Source of the DNA: Podarcis cretensis
Taxonomy: Eukaryota
Direction: 5' to 3'
NCBI GenBank assembly: GCA_951804945.1
Contig: OX638153.1
Span: 62,248,001-62,312,000, forward strand
Length of the DNA: 64,000 nt
The notes under the pieces were generated by a model. The model made no database searches. It was not told the DNA's origin and saw only the letters and a program-made list of their open reading frames with translations. Of the stretch, positions 35,293 to 49,241 are shown piece by piece. Numbering within the stretch: position 1 is the first letter of the stretch; the number at the start of each line of letters is the position of its first letter. Made by a program: the position numbers and the translations under genes.

Positions 35293-38200
35293 GTAGGTAA
35301 AATCACAGCATACTGATTTTCAGTATAATGCTATTGCAAGGCACTGTTTCCTCACTTGGAGCTGTCACTCAGGCCTGCACTATGCACATGCAATGCATGG
35401 GGACATTATTTTCTGTGTTTGCCCCAGTGCAGTTCTACATTTACCACCTCCTTCCTCCGCATGCAGTGATGTTCTCAAGTCAGAACTTGGAGGCAAAAGT
35501 CCAGGGTCCCACTCAGAGGAGTGCTCCCAAGCACAGCAGGGCTAGATAACCACATTCTGAAGTAATACCACACATAGTCATCTAAGGAACAAATGCACGC
35601 CAGTACAATCATTGACCAGAGTTGCTGTGCCTGCCTGTGTGGTCTAGAGAACACACACTGTTGATACAAAAATTATTCAGTGAAATGAAATCAGTGTAGC
35701 TGACCATGACGGCAGCACATCCCTCCTGGGCCATTCATGTGGTCAGGGCTGATGGGAGGTATAGTCCAGCAACCTCTGGGAAGGGCACAAAACTGATGGA
35801 TTGCATGAAGAAAGTGCTCTGGGAGCTGAGTGTGTTTTTGCACGACTTCTACAATTGCAACTGTGCTTTCTGGTGCTGTTATTGTGCTGTGATCATGGAA
35901 GATGCTGCGACCAGGGGAAATGCTTTCCTGGGCAGAGCATACCGGTGTACTTGCTCTTTGTGCTGGACTTTCTTCCTGCAACAGTACACTGGGACAGCTT
36001 GTATGGAGGAAAAAGCAGCTCACAGCAACCATTTTCAGAGTTCTGAGAGTACATAGCTAAGTTAGCCTAGCAGCGTAGAGTTTTCCTTAGTGTTTTGTTT
36101 CCATACCACAGCATTTCCCAGATGCTCTGTGTTTGTTTGTTGACAGGACAGAAGGCAGGCGCTTAAGATCTTTGCTGAAGCGGATTGTGTTTCCAAAGGC
36201 AGACGCCTCATAACCATCTGCCTGAGTGCTTTTAATCTCTTCCCTCATCTACTACAGCCCAGCATCTTTTCCTCCTTCTCTCCCTCCATATATATTTTTT
36301 TTCTCATTCATTCTGCAAAGCCATGCAGAAGCTGTACAGTGCAAGAATGACAGATGTGAAAGATTAGCAATGCAAGTTGTGGGAACATAGGGAGCTGTTA
36401 TAAGGTGGTCCTTGTGACAGATTTTTACATGGCATCTGTGTATGCAAATTTAATATACTTAGATACAAATCTAAACATAATTACTACAACGTACATAGAT
36501 ACACAATGCATCTCACTGTAGTGGGGAAGACGATGCTTTGTATGGAGACATGTCCCTGTGAGTCTGCTGTCTAGACGCTAGCAGCTGATGGGAAGCATCA
36601 AGTCCCCTTTTCCTACTCTCTCTTCTTATGGTTCTTTATCTTGGACCAGGGAATCTTCTCTCCTTGGTCAAGGACACATGGCCACCCTAGTCTTATATCA
36701 GGTCAGACTATTTGTCCATTTGGCCCAGTACTGTCTACTCTGACTACTCTCTAGGATCTCAGGCAAGAGAGGTATTTCCCATCACTTGCTTCTACCTGAG
36801 CAACTTCACTAGAGATTCCAGAGTTTGACATGGGGACCTTATGCACTCAAGCAGGTGCCTTCTTCTCTTGCCTAAAGCATCCAGAATTCAAAGAAGTCTA
36901 TCTGGGAGCTCTTTTCATTCCCTTCTTTCAGTGGGATGTGACCCCACTCAGAGAAACAGGTTCCGTCTGAGGGGCATCTGGTTCTTTGTGTTTATCTACC
37001 ACCTTTCCACAGTGAGCTGTGCCCAGTGCGACCTACAGCAAACACCCACTTATTATCATATACAAAACATTGGTTGGTGAAGGTTGGGGGAGAAAACCGT
37101 TAACAAAATGTATCACTAAATTCAAAGAAGAGAAAGGTCAACAATTCAGCAAACATAAAGTAAATTCAGTATTACAAAAGAAACGATCTAGACTTAAATG
37201 CTTAAGTACAAAGCAATGTGTTCTTGTTATGATTGAGGCTGTTGCTGCCCAGTCAATGTCTTTCTGATGTGCTTATCGTTTGGGTGGATTTTCCAATATA
37301 TCTCTGATAGATATTCCCAAAGGGTCAGATTCCTCATTTCCAGAAGGCTGTTGCCCCCTAGAGCCCTCGTGTGTTGTTACAATTCCCTCAAGCTCATCTT
37401 TCACACAGAGCCCCCAAAGGCTTGTTATCTGTTAGTATCACTAGACTCCCTCAGCTGTTTACTCTGCTTCCTCTTGGGGAAACATGAGGAGCAAAAATGC
37501 TGGGAAAGACAGAGCTAAGGGAGAGGAAAATGTAGAACAACTCATCAAAGCACAGTTGAGGCAGGCTGTGGAGTGCACTAAAGCCATTGGGGTCAATATT
37601 TAAGATTGGCTTGTTTGCCCCAAAGGCTGAATACATTGTGAGAAACCTTTTTATACTCACTGTTAGGGATGGAGGAGAAATTAGATAGGCTAGTGTGTGT
37701 GTTAAAATGCATGTGTTAGTAAACATGACATACACAAATGCATGCTATTAGAGGAAATTGCTTTGCAAAAATGTGTAGATAGGCAAAATAGCATATAAAG
37801 ATGTGTAGAAAAGGAGAAATGTGCCCTTGAATGCTGATGAATTGCCATGATTACATTAACGAAAAATAAATTCGCAAACTAGTGTGAAATTTTTCAAGAA
37901 ATGAATTTAAAATTGAAGTGGGGTGAGGAGGAGAAACTAAGAGAAACTGAAATTGACAGAGTCACCTATCTCTACTCTCTCTGTGTGTCTTTTCCCTTTT
38001 ACAGTAGCAATATATAAGGCTAGGCCCTTAATTAGGCAGAGGGAGGCAACTACCTTAGGCAGTTTATTATAGGCATCATGAAAGAGCAATAGTTTGTTAC
38101 TTATTTATTATTCTAGTATTTTTTTATTGCTAGGGAGGGGAGAGAGGCTTGTGGGGTTTTCTACCTCAGGTGCAAGAATAACAAGACAGGCCATGCACCT

Positions 38201-38650
38201 TGGTTTGTTGGTGGGGCATAGTTGATATTTGCTGCTGTGCCTCAGGCAGCAAAACGTCTTGGGCTGGCCCTGGTACTATGAAATATTGGCTACAGGAGAC
38301 AGGTCAGAGGGAGGGAAGCTCACTGAGAGATGATAGGAAGGCTGGCCTAGGCCATTATCACATGAAGGGCGTAGATCACTCTAAGCATTTACCACCTTAT
38401 TGTTGTTGCTGTGGTGGAGAAAGTGGTGAGGAAGCATTTATAATGAAGCATTCTGGCCAAGAGCAATTGTCCTTTGCATTAACAGCTATTGAAGTAAGAG
38501 CCACTTTGAAATCCTGGGTGCAAAAATGCCTTAAGAGTCAACAGCACACCTCTAGTCCAAAGAAGCTTTTTAAATGAATGCAGCCAGCAATCCTATATCC
38601 CCCAGCCCTTATTCAGGAGGCAAGAGGAGAGTGATATAAAATAAACATGG

Positions 38651-38682
38651 TTGCCCTCTGTTGGTAATGGCAGTGACTGAAG
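38651..38682 (-). promoter_or_regulatory. Candidate CTCF site
   Basis: Minus-strand CCAACAGAGGGCA with upstream TTCAGT motif. Confidence 0.45.
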
Positions 38683-39809
38683 TCCACTATAAAACCCCTA
38701 AAGTAATTATGTGAACTGCTTCCAATCTGTTTCCTTCACTTCTTGCTTTTAAAGGGTTAAAATGTTTTCGTAAAAAAAAAAAAGTTTATCTACATGAATC
38801 TGAAAACTGTTATTTAGTTATTACAATTTATTCCACTCTTTTTTTCAAGAAGCTCAGGGCAGCAGTCGTGGTTCTTTCCTCTCTTCCCCAGACAACCTAA
38901 TTTTATTTTCACAATAAACTTGTAGGGTAGGTTTGGTTTAGAAGGAATGACGGGCCCAAAGTCACCTGGTGAGTTTCATGATAGAGTGGAGATACGAACC
39001 TGGGTCTCCCTTTTCCAACATTAGCTGTTGCACTGCTCTAGTTCTTTATACACAGGAGCGTTTTCACATTTAATTCAATATGCATTTTTTGTGTGTGCCA
39101 TTTCCCCCGAGATACTAAGTCCTCTTGATTAATCACAGGATTCCACTTCAACAACAATTTTGCATTTTTTTTGTCCCAAATCTCTATTTCTGCATTATAA
39201 TAAAGTTACATTTTTGCTGCTACCCCCACCGTGCTGCAGCTCCTTCTGCTGCTATTTCTGTTATTGCTGCTGTTGCTGTCTCCATTTCCACTCCTTTATA
39301 ACTTGTGTCATATTCCATGTACTATACCTGGTGCCAGGTACATTTCTCAGTGCTTTGGGGCTTTGTTACATTTGGGAAGGTCTCTTTTTTAATAGAGCTT
39401 TTCAATTTTCCAATCCCCCATTTCCATCAGGTACTCCCCTTTGCTTTCATGTTAGAGTATTTTCCCCAGTGTCTTCAATAAGTTATTTCCCCTGAAAAAC
39501 GTCAAAATACAGGGAAAGTTCTGCTATAAGACATCTGGCTCCTCAAGCTCTGCCTTTCAAATACAGCCTTCAGCCTTGCTCTCAGATGCCCTCATCACCT
39601 GGGCTTTTGGCTTGTCACCTTTGACCTGGCAGAGAATCTGTGGCTCTGACAGCTTCATGATATATATAAATTCCATGTGTCACTCTGGGAATGTGCCTGT
39701 GTACATGCAAAAATACATTAAGTAAGGAACTATGTAAGTATCACACAGAGACAATGAATTCCCAACCCCCATCCCTTCTAATATTGGCATAATTCCTCTC
39801 CTCCAACAG

Positions 39810-39996
39810 TTGCGTGAACAAGCAAACTCAGAGTGGAGCTACCCCGCTGTATCTTGCGTGCCAGGAGGGCCACCTGCACATCGTCCAGTTCCTGGTGAAG
39901 GACTGTGAGGCTGATGTGCACCTGAGAGCACATGATGGCATGACAGTGCTCCACGCAGCTGCCTGTAGTGGTCATTACGCTGTTGTCGTCTGGCTG
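39810..39996 (+). CDS. ESPNL: ESPNL exon 3
   Basis: [29 protein letters not shown]...[21 protein letters not shown]. Confidence 0.96.
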
Positions 39997-40975
39997 GTAA
40001 ACCTGTACTTTTATATTTTAGGTAGCAAGTGTCGTTTCTTGACAAGAATATGAATATGTTCCTCTGGATAACTGTGCCACTGAAGGCCCCTTCATAATTC
40101 CTTTTTATTGCACATTCATGATGTTTTCTGTTCCTTATGTTATTGGGACAGTCACACACAATCCCACTTTTTTCCTTTTCTTTAAAAAAATATATTCATT
40201 GATACTTGTCCAAAGCTTTCAAAAATTCATACCCATTGTGAACTATCTTTTTATAATGAAATAATATAAAAAAGAACAGAGGCAGAAAGAGTATAAGAAA
40301 GAAAAGGAAGAGAGAGAGAGAAGAAAGATAAAAGACTGCTGATTCTCTGTCCTGCAGCTAAATATAGTATTCACTGATTAACGTCCAACCAGTCTGTCTT
40401 CCATAAACCAGTATTTTTTTCAATCTTCAAATCCAGATAAGCAAGAAACATTTACATTTTAGCAAGGGGAGTATATTATTTGAATCAACCATGACATCAT
40501 TTTGTCCACTATAGATTGTTCTGCAGTCATATGCCAGCCATGGAGCTCAATATTCCTTTTTTATCATTCATGTTCTTAAATGCTGCATTGTTAACTAATT
40601 TGATTGCCACTCATATCTTTAATAATCAGAAACTTCCAGAATACAGAGGTCTGCCACCAAAAGGTTTAATTGCCCTTGTACATCCTTCTGTATTTAATAT
40701 AAAAGGTATGCAGTCTTAGTTTCATTAATTTCTAACACCCCTCATGTCAAGCACAATTCTGTGGTATGTATGGCATGCAGCGTATTTAGAAAACAAATTG
40801 CAGAAATGGAGGGTGCTTCCACGCTATTTATCTGTTTGCAAATTCCCTCTGCTTTCTGTGCTAAAGTACCCAAGGCAGCTGTAGAAATAGGTGAATGAAA
40901 AAACAACAGCTCATCTTAAAAAAAACCATTTGGCTTTGACTCCTATGTAACCTTCCTTTCCCCCCCTTCATGTAG

Positions 40976-41158
40976 GTTACCTTCACTGATCTCGGCCTCA
41001 CAGCTCAGGATGCAGAAGGAGCCACTGCACTCCATTTTGCTGCCAGAGAGGGACACACTGCAATTGTTGACAGACTCCTCCTTATGGGAGCTAACGTGGT
41101 GCTGGACCATTGGGGAGGAACCCCACTGCACGATGCAGCTGAGAATGGGCATCTCGAG
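40976..41158 (+). CDS. ESPNL: ESPNL exon 4
   Basis: [27 protein letters not shown]...[16 protein letters not shown]. Confidence 0.96.
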
Positions 41159-41802
41159 GTATTTGGTGATACCATGTAGGGAGGGAAATGAGTATTGGAT
41201 CAGAACTCAATTGATGGCACAGCCGTACTCACACGGTGTGTTCAGCCATGGTTGATCATGACGTGTGCATGCCATCACTCCCCTCTCCTATGTGGCTGAC
41301 AGGAGGATTTGAAATAATAATAATAATAATATTAAAAAGACCTGGAACTGCGTTCTGGTGCGTTCCACCAGAAAAAAGCATTGCTTTCCCCGAACATTTA
41401 CTCTTCCCACCTGCCTCCCAGGAAACCATCCATGTGGTTACTTAACAGATTTAGAGTAGCCCACTCTTGTCTGTTTAAACAATTAGCTCATGCATCTTGT
41501 GTTTGTGTCAATCCAGCATCCATAGTGTTTAAACAGCATAGGGAGGATTTTTTAAATGGAAGCACAAAATGAACAAATGATGGAGTTCAGTGGGAATGGA
41601 TTTTTAAGCAATGTCAGCCTACCTTCTTCAGTTGATGCAAAAAGCTTACCTTGAATAATTATTGATTTATTTGACTATTCTTTGACTGGCAAAAAAAATA
41701 ATAATGAAGAAAAAGCCCCTGTTGCATTCATGATTCCCTTATTTGCTATAAATTGGTTGTACTGATTAGGGTGATGGTGGTTGTTTATGCATTTATTTGC
41801 AG

Positions 41803-41934
41803 TGCTGTCAAACCCTGATCTCCCACCAAATAGATCCAAGCATCCATGACCGGGATGGTTACACTGCACGAGACCTGGCAGAATACAATGGACACAGGCA
41901 GTGTGCATGTTACCTACAGGAAGCAGAGAAGCTG
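41803..41934 (+). CDS. ESPNL: ESPNL exon 5
   Basis: CCQTLISHQIDPSIHDRDGYTARDLAEYNGHRQCACYLQEAEKL. Confidence 0.95.
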
Positions 41935-43866
41935 GTAATCTAAACATTATATTTTGATCATGTACAAGTCTTAGTGTTCATGTGAGTCACTGGAGACAGA
42001 GGCTTCTGTACTGTTTGCCCGGTGAGCTGGATATGTCAGCACAAGGCAGAAGACCACCCCACGAGAAAGGTAAAATTATCCAGGCTTTCATAATATTATG
42101 TATCCCTTGTTAAAAATCAAAGCAGAAACCTTCTCAAAACATTACTCGAAAAAAAAAGAGCAGTGTGAACATTTTCAGCTCATGGTCATTGAAAGCTGAC
42201 TTCCATGAGTCATTAACATGCAGCAGGTCAGTGGACAAGCCAGGGCAGGTGTTCTTGATGTTCTAGCTTGCTAGGAGCAAGAGGGTTTGTTTCTTTTCTT
42301 TGTTGCCTGGTGCAGTCTTCCGGTCCACTTGTTGAGTGATGTTCTGAGCTAAAAGCACTCATTGAAGCAGGTGGGCAGTGGAGGGGTGGGGAAATGGAGT
42401 ATCCTGAATGAAGGTATAGCTGGTCGGCTGGCTGGAACACTGAGCAGGAGCAGTCTTGCTATGTAATTTTGCACAGCAGGCTCTGCTTGTTAGATATATT
42501 AGTCACTGGGTGACTAATTAGTCACTGAGCCTGTCCCCTCTGAATCCTTAGATCTGTTTGCCTCATACCCATTCAATCCACATAAATTTATCGCCCTATC
42601 TCACCAATCGCCGTGTGCCAGACAAATATTAGGAAGTTATGTCATTGGGCTTCCACAATCTCCGCTCTGAAACAAGTGGTTGGCTCCCTTCTGCAGCCCT
42701 GATGGAATTCATTCTGTGCTCCTCTTGCCTTTGCAGCTATTTTTGGCATGCTGTTGAGCAGAGTGGAAAATTTCCACCTATTTATGTCCCTAGCACGGGG
42801 CAACAAGTGGGCAAGCATGTTGAAGAGCCTCCTGGATTCCTCTGCCAGTGTGAGGACATGGATACTAGACAGCAATTAGCCAGCAACTGATGGTGAGATA
42901 AGAAGGGTCTGAAGGAGGAGCTCAGAGGCTGCTGAGTGAGAGCCTTCAGTAGGGCAACGGCAAGTTTCCACGGCTGAGGCTCTTCAGCAGCAAGAGAGAA
43001 GCACCATGGGGCATCGGAATGGCACTGTGGCTAACTCGAGAAGCTGGCTCTGAAATCCTAATCAAGCTCTTAGGTTTCACCGAACAAAGCATAGTAAATC
43101 CTTGCCACAGCCTGAGATTTGGAATGGGAACTTTTGAAACCAGAACCTCTTCCCATCACTCAGTTTGCCATTAAAATATTAATGGGGGGAAAAAATCTCT
43201 CCAGAACACTCTTTGGCGATGACTAATTAACTCAGTGCTGACGCCCACATGTGGGTCGGGGTTCTGGAGACACAAGGGCCTGTGGACCTCTCTTGCTCAA
43301 GCCTTATGGGCTGAGGGAGGGGTAAAGACTAAAACAACTTCAGTCACGGATGAGTGCAGTCAGTTCTGTTCATGCTGTAATTCATAGGCAACGACTCCTA
43401 GAGGCCGAGGCAGTTTTGGGGGCCCCCATGTATTTTTTGAGGGGGCCCAGCTTCTCATGTTTGGAGGAGCCCCTTTGTTCCTCCTTTTGCACAAGCAATG
43501 ACTAAGCCAGGAAGTCCCAAACTAACCATAGTTTCTTATTGTCCAGGAAACAATGTTTACCATCTCTGGAACATAAGATTCTGCTTTGTTTCAAAGCGGG
43601 TAAACCATAGTTTGTATAAAATGGAAATATATGGTTCATTACACATTTCCTCATTTAATTGCAAGCAGAGACTGAAGGCTCAGGCAAGAGACTTGTGCAT
43701 CTCTTGGGTTAATAAACTAAGATATCATCATTGAAATCTTGCTAAATGTGCTAAATGTAAATATAGGTATGGAAGTACTTTCAAATTTCAATCTTCTCCA
43801 TTTCTAGATTTTCCAATCTTAGTTCAATTCTCCACACTTCTGGATTTTTCTATGTTATTTCTACTA

Positions 43867-44140
43867 CAGTGGTACCTCGGTTTAAGAACAGTCCTGTTTA
43901 CAAACGATTCAGTTTACGAACTCCGCAAAACTGGAAATAGTATCCTGGTTTGCGAACTTTACCTTGGTCTAAGAACCAAGGAGTGCCTGGCGTGCTCTGG
44001 TCCATGGGGTCACAAAGAACGGAATCTGAACAGTGGAAGGGCACTTGCGGCAGGAGGGAAAATGCGCCTTGGTTTAAGACCGTTTCAGTTTAGGAATGGA
44101 CTTCCGGAACAGATTAAGTTCGTAAACTGAGGTACCACTG
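43867..44140. mobile_element. Tigger-like MITE
   Basis: TA-CAGTGGTACCTCGGTTTA...TAAACTGAGGTACCACTG-TA. Confidence 0.88.
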
Positions 44141-45767
44141 TAATATATTCATTTTCAATGCATATGCTTTCTGAAAATATACATTTTTCTAAACATTGGT
44201 TGGAGGACTATATCACAAAATTTGGATAATTGTGAATTTTGAAGGATGGCTGTGTTTCTGTTCTTGTTTCAGAAAGTGAGAATCTGATAAATTTGATTTC
44301 AAATATGAACTGAACCATATTTCTCCTCCATCCCTTATGTGTACATAGCCAAAGTCGCATAATGTATAGAGTGTGTTAGGATGAAATTAACTATATTTCC
44401 CCACCAGCTGTGAGCATAAGATGGTGCCTGGCTAAGAGGCCGTTGGCTTTTTATGTGGTAGACATTTGCTGGTGTTCTGTTCTCTGCCTGTAATTAGCAC
44501 CACTGTACATAGTTGCCTATGCTGAGAGAGGCTTTGTTCACTAACATCCTTGGTTAGAATTACATGTCCTTCTCAGCACCTTTGACACACATACTTTGAT
44601 CCAATTTCCTCCTTGCTAGCACAACCTTTGTTCCTTCATGGGCCCGTTACTTCTTGCATTTGTGCAATGTCTTACAGTAAATGTTAGGGGAAACCTTTTG
44701 GGAGGCAGCTGCAAGAGGAGCAAAGTGTGCCAGCTCCTCTGTGACATCCTTAAGAACGCCTCCTTCTGGGGAAGCCATCTTTCTCAGCCATGCTCAGAGT
44801 TGGAAGGTTAACCCAAAGCACGCTCTTTATCAAATGGCCATCAAATTGTTACTGTTTTAATTTAGGGTTAATGTGACATTTTGCATTTTTACATTCCCCA
44901 AGAGTTTGAGATGGGCTTAACACTAGCAGTAAAATCGGATTAATAGATCAAATGTTTAGGAAACGGAGAGAAGCATTATTTTGGAGTAACACTTGAAAAC
45001 TTCATCCACTTGAAAACTGCTAGCTGGATGGGGGCAGTAATTATCTCCCTGAACTCTGCGAATAGCTCTGAGTTCATTAGTCTCATAGTTCATTATTTTA
45101 TTCTAGCCCCGTACTTAAATTACACTTTTGTAATCTATCACTGCCAATCCATTATATCCATATATAATGTATGGAGGCTGATCTGATGAGAGAAGTTATT
45201 CATGTAAAGACCATACCACACAGGACATGGGCATTCCATGGTCAGATCTCTCAACTTTAAAAAAAAAGTCATTGAGAGGGCTCCCATTTTGAACCAAGCG
45301 ATGATGAAGAAGAAGAAGAAGGGAAGTTTAGCCCCTTTCTCTCTCTGCTATTCATCTGAAATAACTACTCTGAACCTGCCATTAGCTCTGCAGCTTTAAA
45401 AAAAACAGGCATGATATAAGTGTTCCTCTCACCCAACTGCACAGTTTATAGCAGCTTCGAGCTGGGGGGTAGCAATGTAAATGTACAAAATAGCATGAGG
45501 GGAAAGAAAAATCAAATACTCTCTCCACAGTGCTGCTGCTGTGATCAAAATTGCAGTGCTGTGTGACTCCTTTAAGGTTTATTTGCCTTTTTAACAAAAG
45601 TCATCACATGATTTATCTTAAGGCTTTGCAGAGGAATATGGGAGAATTCAGGAACTCATTTTCCTCAGGATGCCTGCGGAAAATGGAACAATTCAGGCAG
45701 CCTCTGGGCCTAAATATTTTCTTGACCCTGCTGACCTCTAGGGCTGGCTACCAACAGACAGACGGGT

Positions 45768-45774
45768 TCTCTCT

Positions 45775-45808
<34 letters not shown>
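45768..45808. repeat. (CT)n(GT)n compound microsatellite
   Basis: Seen directly. Confidence 0.9.
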
Positions 45809-45809
<1 letters not shown>

Positions 45810-46304
45810 GGCTCCACTAAACCCAGCTGAGCACTCTCTTTCCATACAAAACTTATTCATTTTAGAAAATGAATGGAAAAGGGAGAAGGGCGCAGGCAGT
45901 TCAGTCTCCTGGTTACAGCTAAAGGTTCTAGACCCCTTGGGCTGCTTTGCCAGTTGCCACCTGATGCCCAGCCTTCAAATATTAATGCAATGCTAATTGT
46001 GACTCCCTGACCTCCACCCTTTCTCCTGCTGGCATTTGCCACACAATGCAGTTTCTGGCTGCCTCTAGACCGAGTGGGTTCTCCAGTTTCTCCTCCTTTT
46101 AAGAGTAGTTATTAATATTCCCTGGTTTGTTATGAAATTCTGATCTCCCTAAGGGCTGGATCTAATCTGAGCAGCGTTTGTTCATCTTTTCCCTTCCGTT
46201 CCAAATGGACCCCACAAAGGACAGGAGGTGAATAACTGGTATGTACATCTTTGGAGCAGTTCCATAAATTTCTGCCTGTCATTTCTGCCTGGTGGATAAT
46301 ATGG

Positions 46305-46321
46305 GGGCCCCCTGGTGGCAG
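46305..46321 (-). promoter_or_regulatory. Candidate CTCF site
   Basis: Minus-strand TGCCACCAGGGGGCCC, close to the core consensus. Confidence 0.5.
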
Positions 46322-46952
46322 AGAAGAATTCAGGGCAGTGCGACCAGTTATGCCACACTGGGCTGCAGGGCATCACAACTATGACTTAGTGAATTCAGAA
46401 GAACGGAAGGGGGGACATGCCAGATTTTGCGCTCACACAGGGCACAGGAAATTTGAAAGACCAAAGTTGACCCCTGCTGGTTGTGGTAGAGTTGGGGGTT
46501 AGCACTTTGGGTGATGGTATAACAATCTAAAATCTAGCCTTTGGGTGTCAATTCAAGAAATACAGAACAAACCCACAGCATGTTAATGTCTTGAACTCCA
46601 GCTGTGCTGTGCAATGTTTGTTTTCGACTGATTTTCTGAAATGCAGTGTCACTGATGGAATGTTTCAATATCGGAACACATGTTTCTGTTGATTTAGCTG
46701 AACATATCACTAATTTAATTCTAATGCCTTTTAATTCTTTTTATTCTAATGCCTTTAGAATTAAAGGCACACTTGTTTATATTTTTAAGAATTAAAAGTA
46801 CTAGTGTTTTAGTGTAACAAGTAGAAATAGCATATTATCTCTCACCTCTTTTAGTGCCTTTATACTGAGGTCCTGGTGATATGCAAATATATGCCAGTCA
46901 AATAAACCAGTTGGTTGTTAAAAGGCAGAGTATTATCAACTAAGCACCTTTG

Positions 46953-47180
46953 CTGGCGTGGTGTAGTGGTTAGAGTGCTGCATTAGGACCTGGGAGACGA
47001 GGGTTCAAATCCTCACTTGGCCATGAAGCTCACTGGGTGACCTTGGGCCCATCACTCTCTCTCGGCCTAACCTACCTCACAGGGTTGTTGTGAGAATAAA
47101 AATGGAGGGGGAAATAAGTGTGTATGCCATCTTGAGCTCTTTGGAGAAAAGGTGGAATATAAATGTAATAATAATAATAA
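46953..47180 (+). mobile_element. Full-length tRNA-derived MIR/L2-tailed SINE
   Basis: A box tggtgtagtgg, B box ggttcaaatcc, core cctacctcacagggttgttgtgag, (AAT)n tail. Confidence 0.85.
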
Positions 47181-47366
47181 TGTAATATTTTTTAATTGGA
47201 TGACAGCCCTTATGTTAACTAAATGCATAAGACTAATGCTAATACCAAGCTGTAAAGGGCAAATAGCACAACCATTCAATGGACACGGATACAATGGCAA
47301 GCTTATACCGACACAGGTCACCCCTGACAACTGTACACAGTCCTCTAAAACAGATCCCCATACATA

Positions 47367-47931
47367 TTGGAAGACACAAGATTTACCCACCCGGGAAGAA
47401 TGGCAGATGAAGTTGATGGACTACATGGAACTGGCGGAAATGACTGGCAGAATCCGAGACCAGGGAGAAGAGTCGGTGGAAGAAGACTGGAAAAAGTTTA
47501 AAGATTATTTAAGGAAATACTGTAAAATAAATGAATGCTAGGAAAATGTTGGAATGAAGTTATATGGGTTTAGTAGAAATGTTATAAGGAATTAAGTAGA
47601 AATAGATTAATAGAGTATTAAAGGGAAAAATAAGGTTAGAATGTGTTAAGATAATTATAGGATAGAAAACAGAGAAAGATGGAAAGGAATTGCTGAAACA
47701 GTTAACAGAAGTGGAATACAAAAAGGGAGGTGTGAGGAGGTCGCGGAAATAAGTGAATGAAAGATAAGATATTGAAATTATTTGATGTGTATTAATTTTT
47801 TTGTTTGTTTGTTTGGTTTTGTTAGTTTAAATGTGTTGGTGTTGTGTGGTGTTTTTGTGTTGTATTGTATTGTTCTTTTTTTTTGTAGTGTTTAAATTGG
47901 GAAAGTAATAAATATTATTTAAAAAATAAAA
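47367..47931 (+). mobile_element. 5'-truncated L1-clade LINE insertion
   Basis: Intact ORF2 C-terminus WKTQDLPTREEWQMKLMDYMELAEMT...W.KF.DY, then 3'UTR, AATAAA and A-tail; 21-bp TSD taaaacagatccccatacata. Confidence 0.88.
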
Positions 47932-49147
47932 TAAAACAGATCCCCATACATACTCTCCCTGTGCCTAGTCACAAACCAGAGAGTGGACTGCAAACAGCAG
48001 AAAGTACAATTAAGCACAAATTTAGTGAATGACAGTATGGTAGATTGAATGATAGGATGCCAGCTAGCTTGTAGGCAGGAGCGCATCTTAGATGCAGTTT
48101 GGGATCAGGTTGTAAAGCCAATATATACCTTTCTATTTTAGTTTCTTTAACTGTACGGTTACTGCTTTGCATTTTTCTATCACGCCATGTAACTGAGTCC
48201 TTCAGCCCTATGCTTTGCAATTCCTTTCAATGTTTATTCTTTTTCTTCTCATGACTTGTGCTATTGTGCTCTTATTCAGAAAGCTGTGCATCCCATATTG
48301 TTCACTACCACCCCCGCCGTACAGCAATGTTTTTCCTCAGGATCATACAGAGCTACAAGGGAGTACTATGTGATGATTTGTTCTGCTATCCTCTACAATT
48401 CTTGATGCTCTGATTGACTAGAAGGGGAAATGGCAATACAGCCATGCAAATGTGCAAGAAGCTTTTGTATTTAGAACCTCCTGGATGCTTTCCATGGGGC
48501 TGATGTACTGATTCCTCTCTTATTATCTATAGTCCACAATGGATAACCAAACAAACCTCACTGTACACAGACATGCACTTAGAAGCTTGTGCGTGAACTA
48601 GTGATGTAGGCCTAGACATGAACCTGCTCATACGCAGTGTTCAACATTTTGAGGCCCTGCTCCATGTTCTGCCAACTTTGGAGGGGTGCTTGGTGGGGGC
48701 ACAGGAACAGGCTTCTTGGTACTGGCACCCAAATTGTGGGACTCCCTCCCAAAAAGGGGTTTGATTGCCTCCTCTTTTGAGCCTTGCAAGGGTGGCAAAG
48801 ATTTTTTGATTCTACCATGCCTTTAAGCTGCTTGAACTTCCAAACATATTGCTCTGCTTTCCTTTGATCCACATCAGTGAGGCCAAGGAGTGGGTCTTGT
48901 CCTCTGAGCACCCCAGGACCTCCATACACACTGCCTGGGCTTTCACCCTGGAGGGGTCACTTTGGTGCCGCTAACACAGCAAAATCAATATGGGCGGCAG
49001 AGTTACCAATCTCTCACCCCTGGGGGCACACTCCATTGTCTCTTGAGACAGATGGATGCCAACAACAGAACAAACCAGGCCAGAGACAGAAAAAACGCTT
49101 TTAGTTTTCAAAGTTTACATCTCTAATCTTCCCTTGTGTATTTTTAG

Positions 49148-49241
49148 ATCCAGCAGCCAATGAGACCTCTTCAATCAGATGTAAGTGCTGCATCAAATAT
49201 GCAGAAAAAAGATACTAATAGCGCTCTTCATAGAGCACCTG
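49148..49241 (+). CDS. ESPNL: ESPNL exon 6 (probable)
   Basis: Strong acceptor tttttag and donor G|GTGAGT; open frame IQQPMRPLQSD...HRAP; phase 0 to 1 bridges exons 5 and 7. Confidence 0.7.

Noticed and set aside
46953-47030. tRNA gene
   Set aside because: A/B boxes continue into a SINE body and tail
47152-47541. 129-aa ORF
   Set aside because: Chance fusion of intronic sequence to the L1 ORF2 tail
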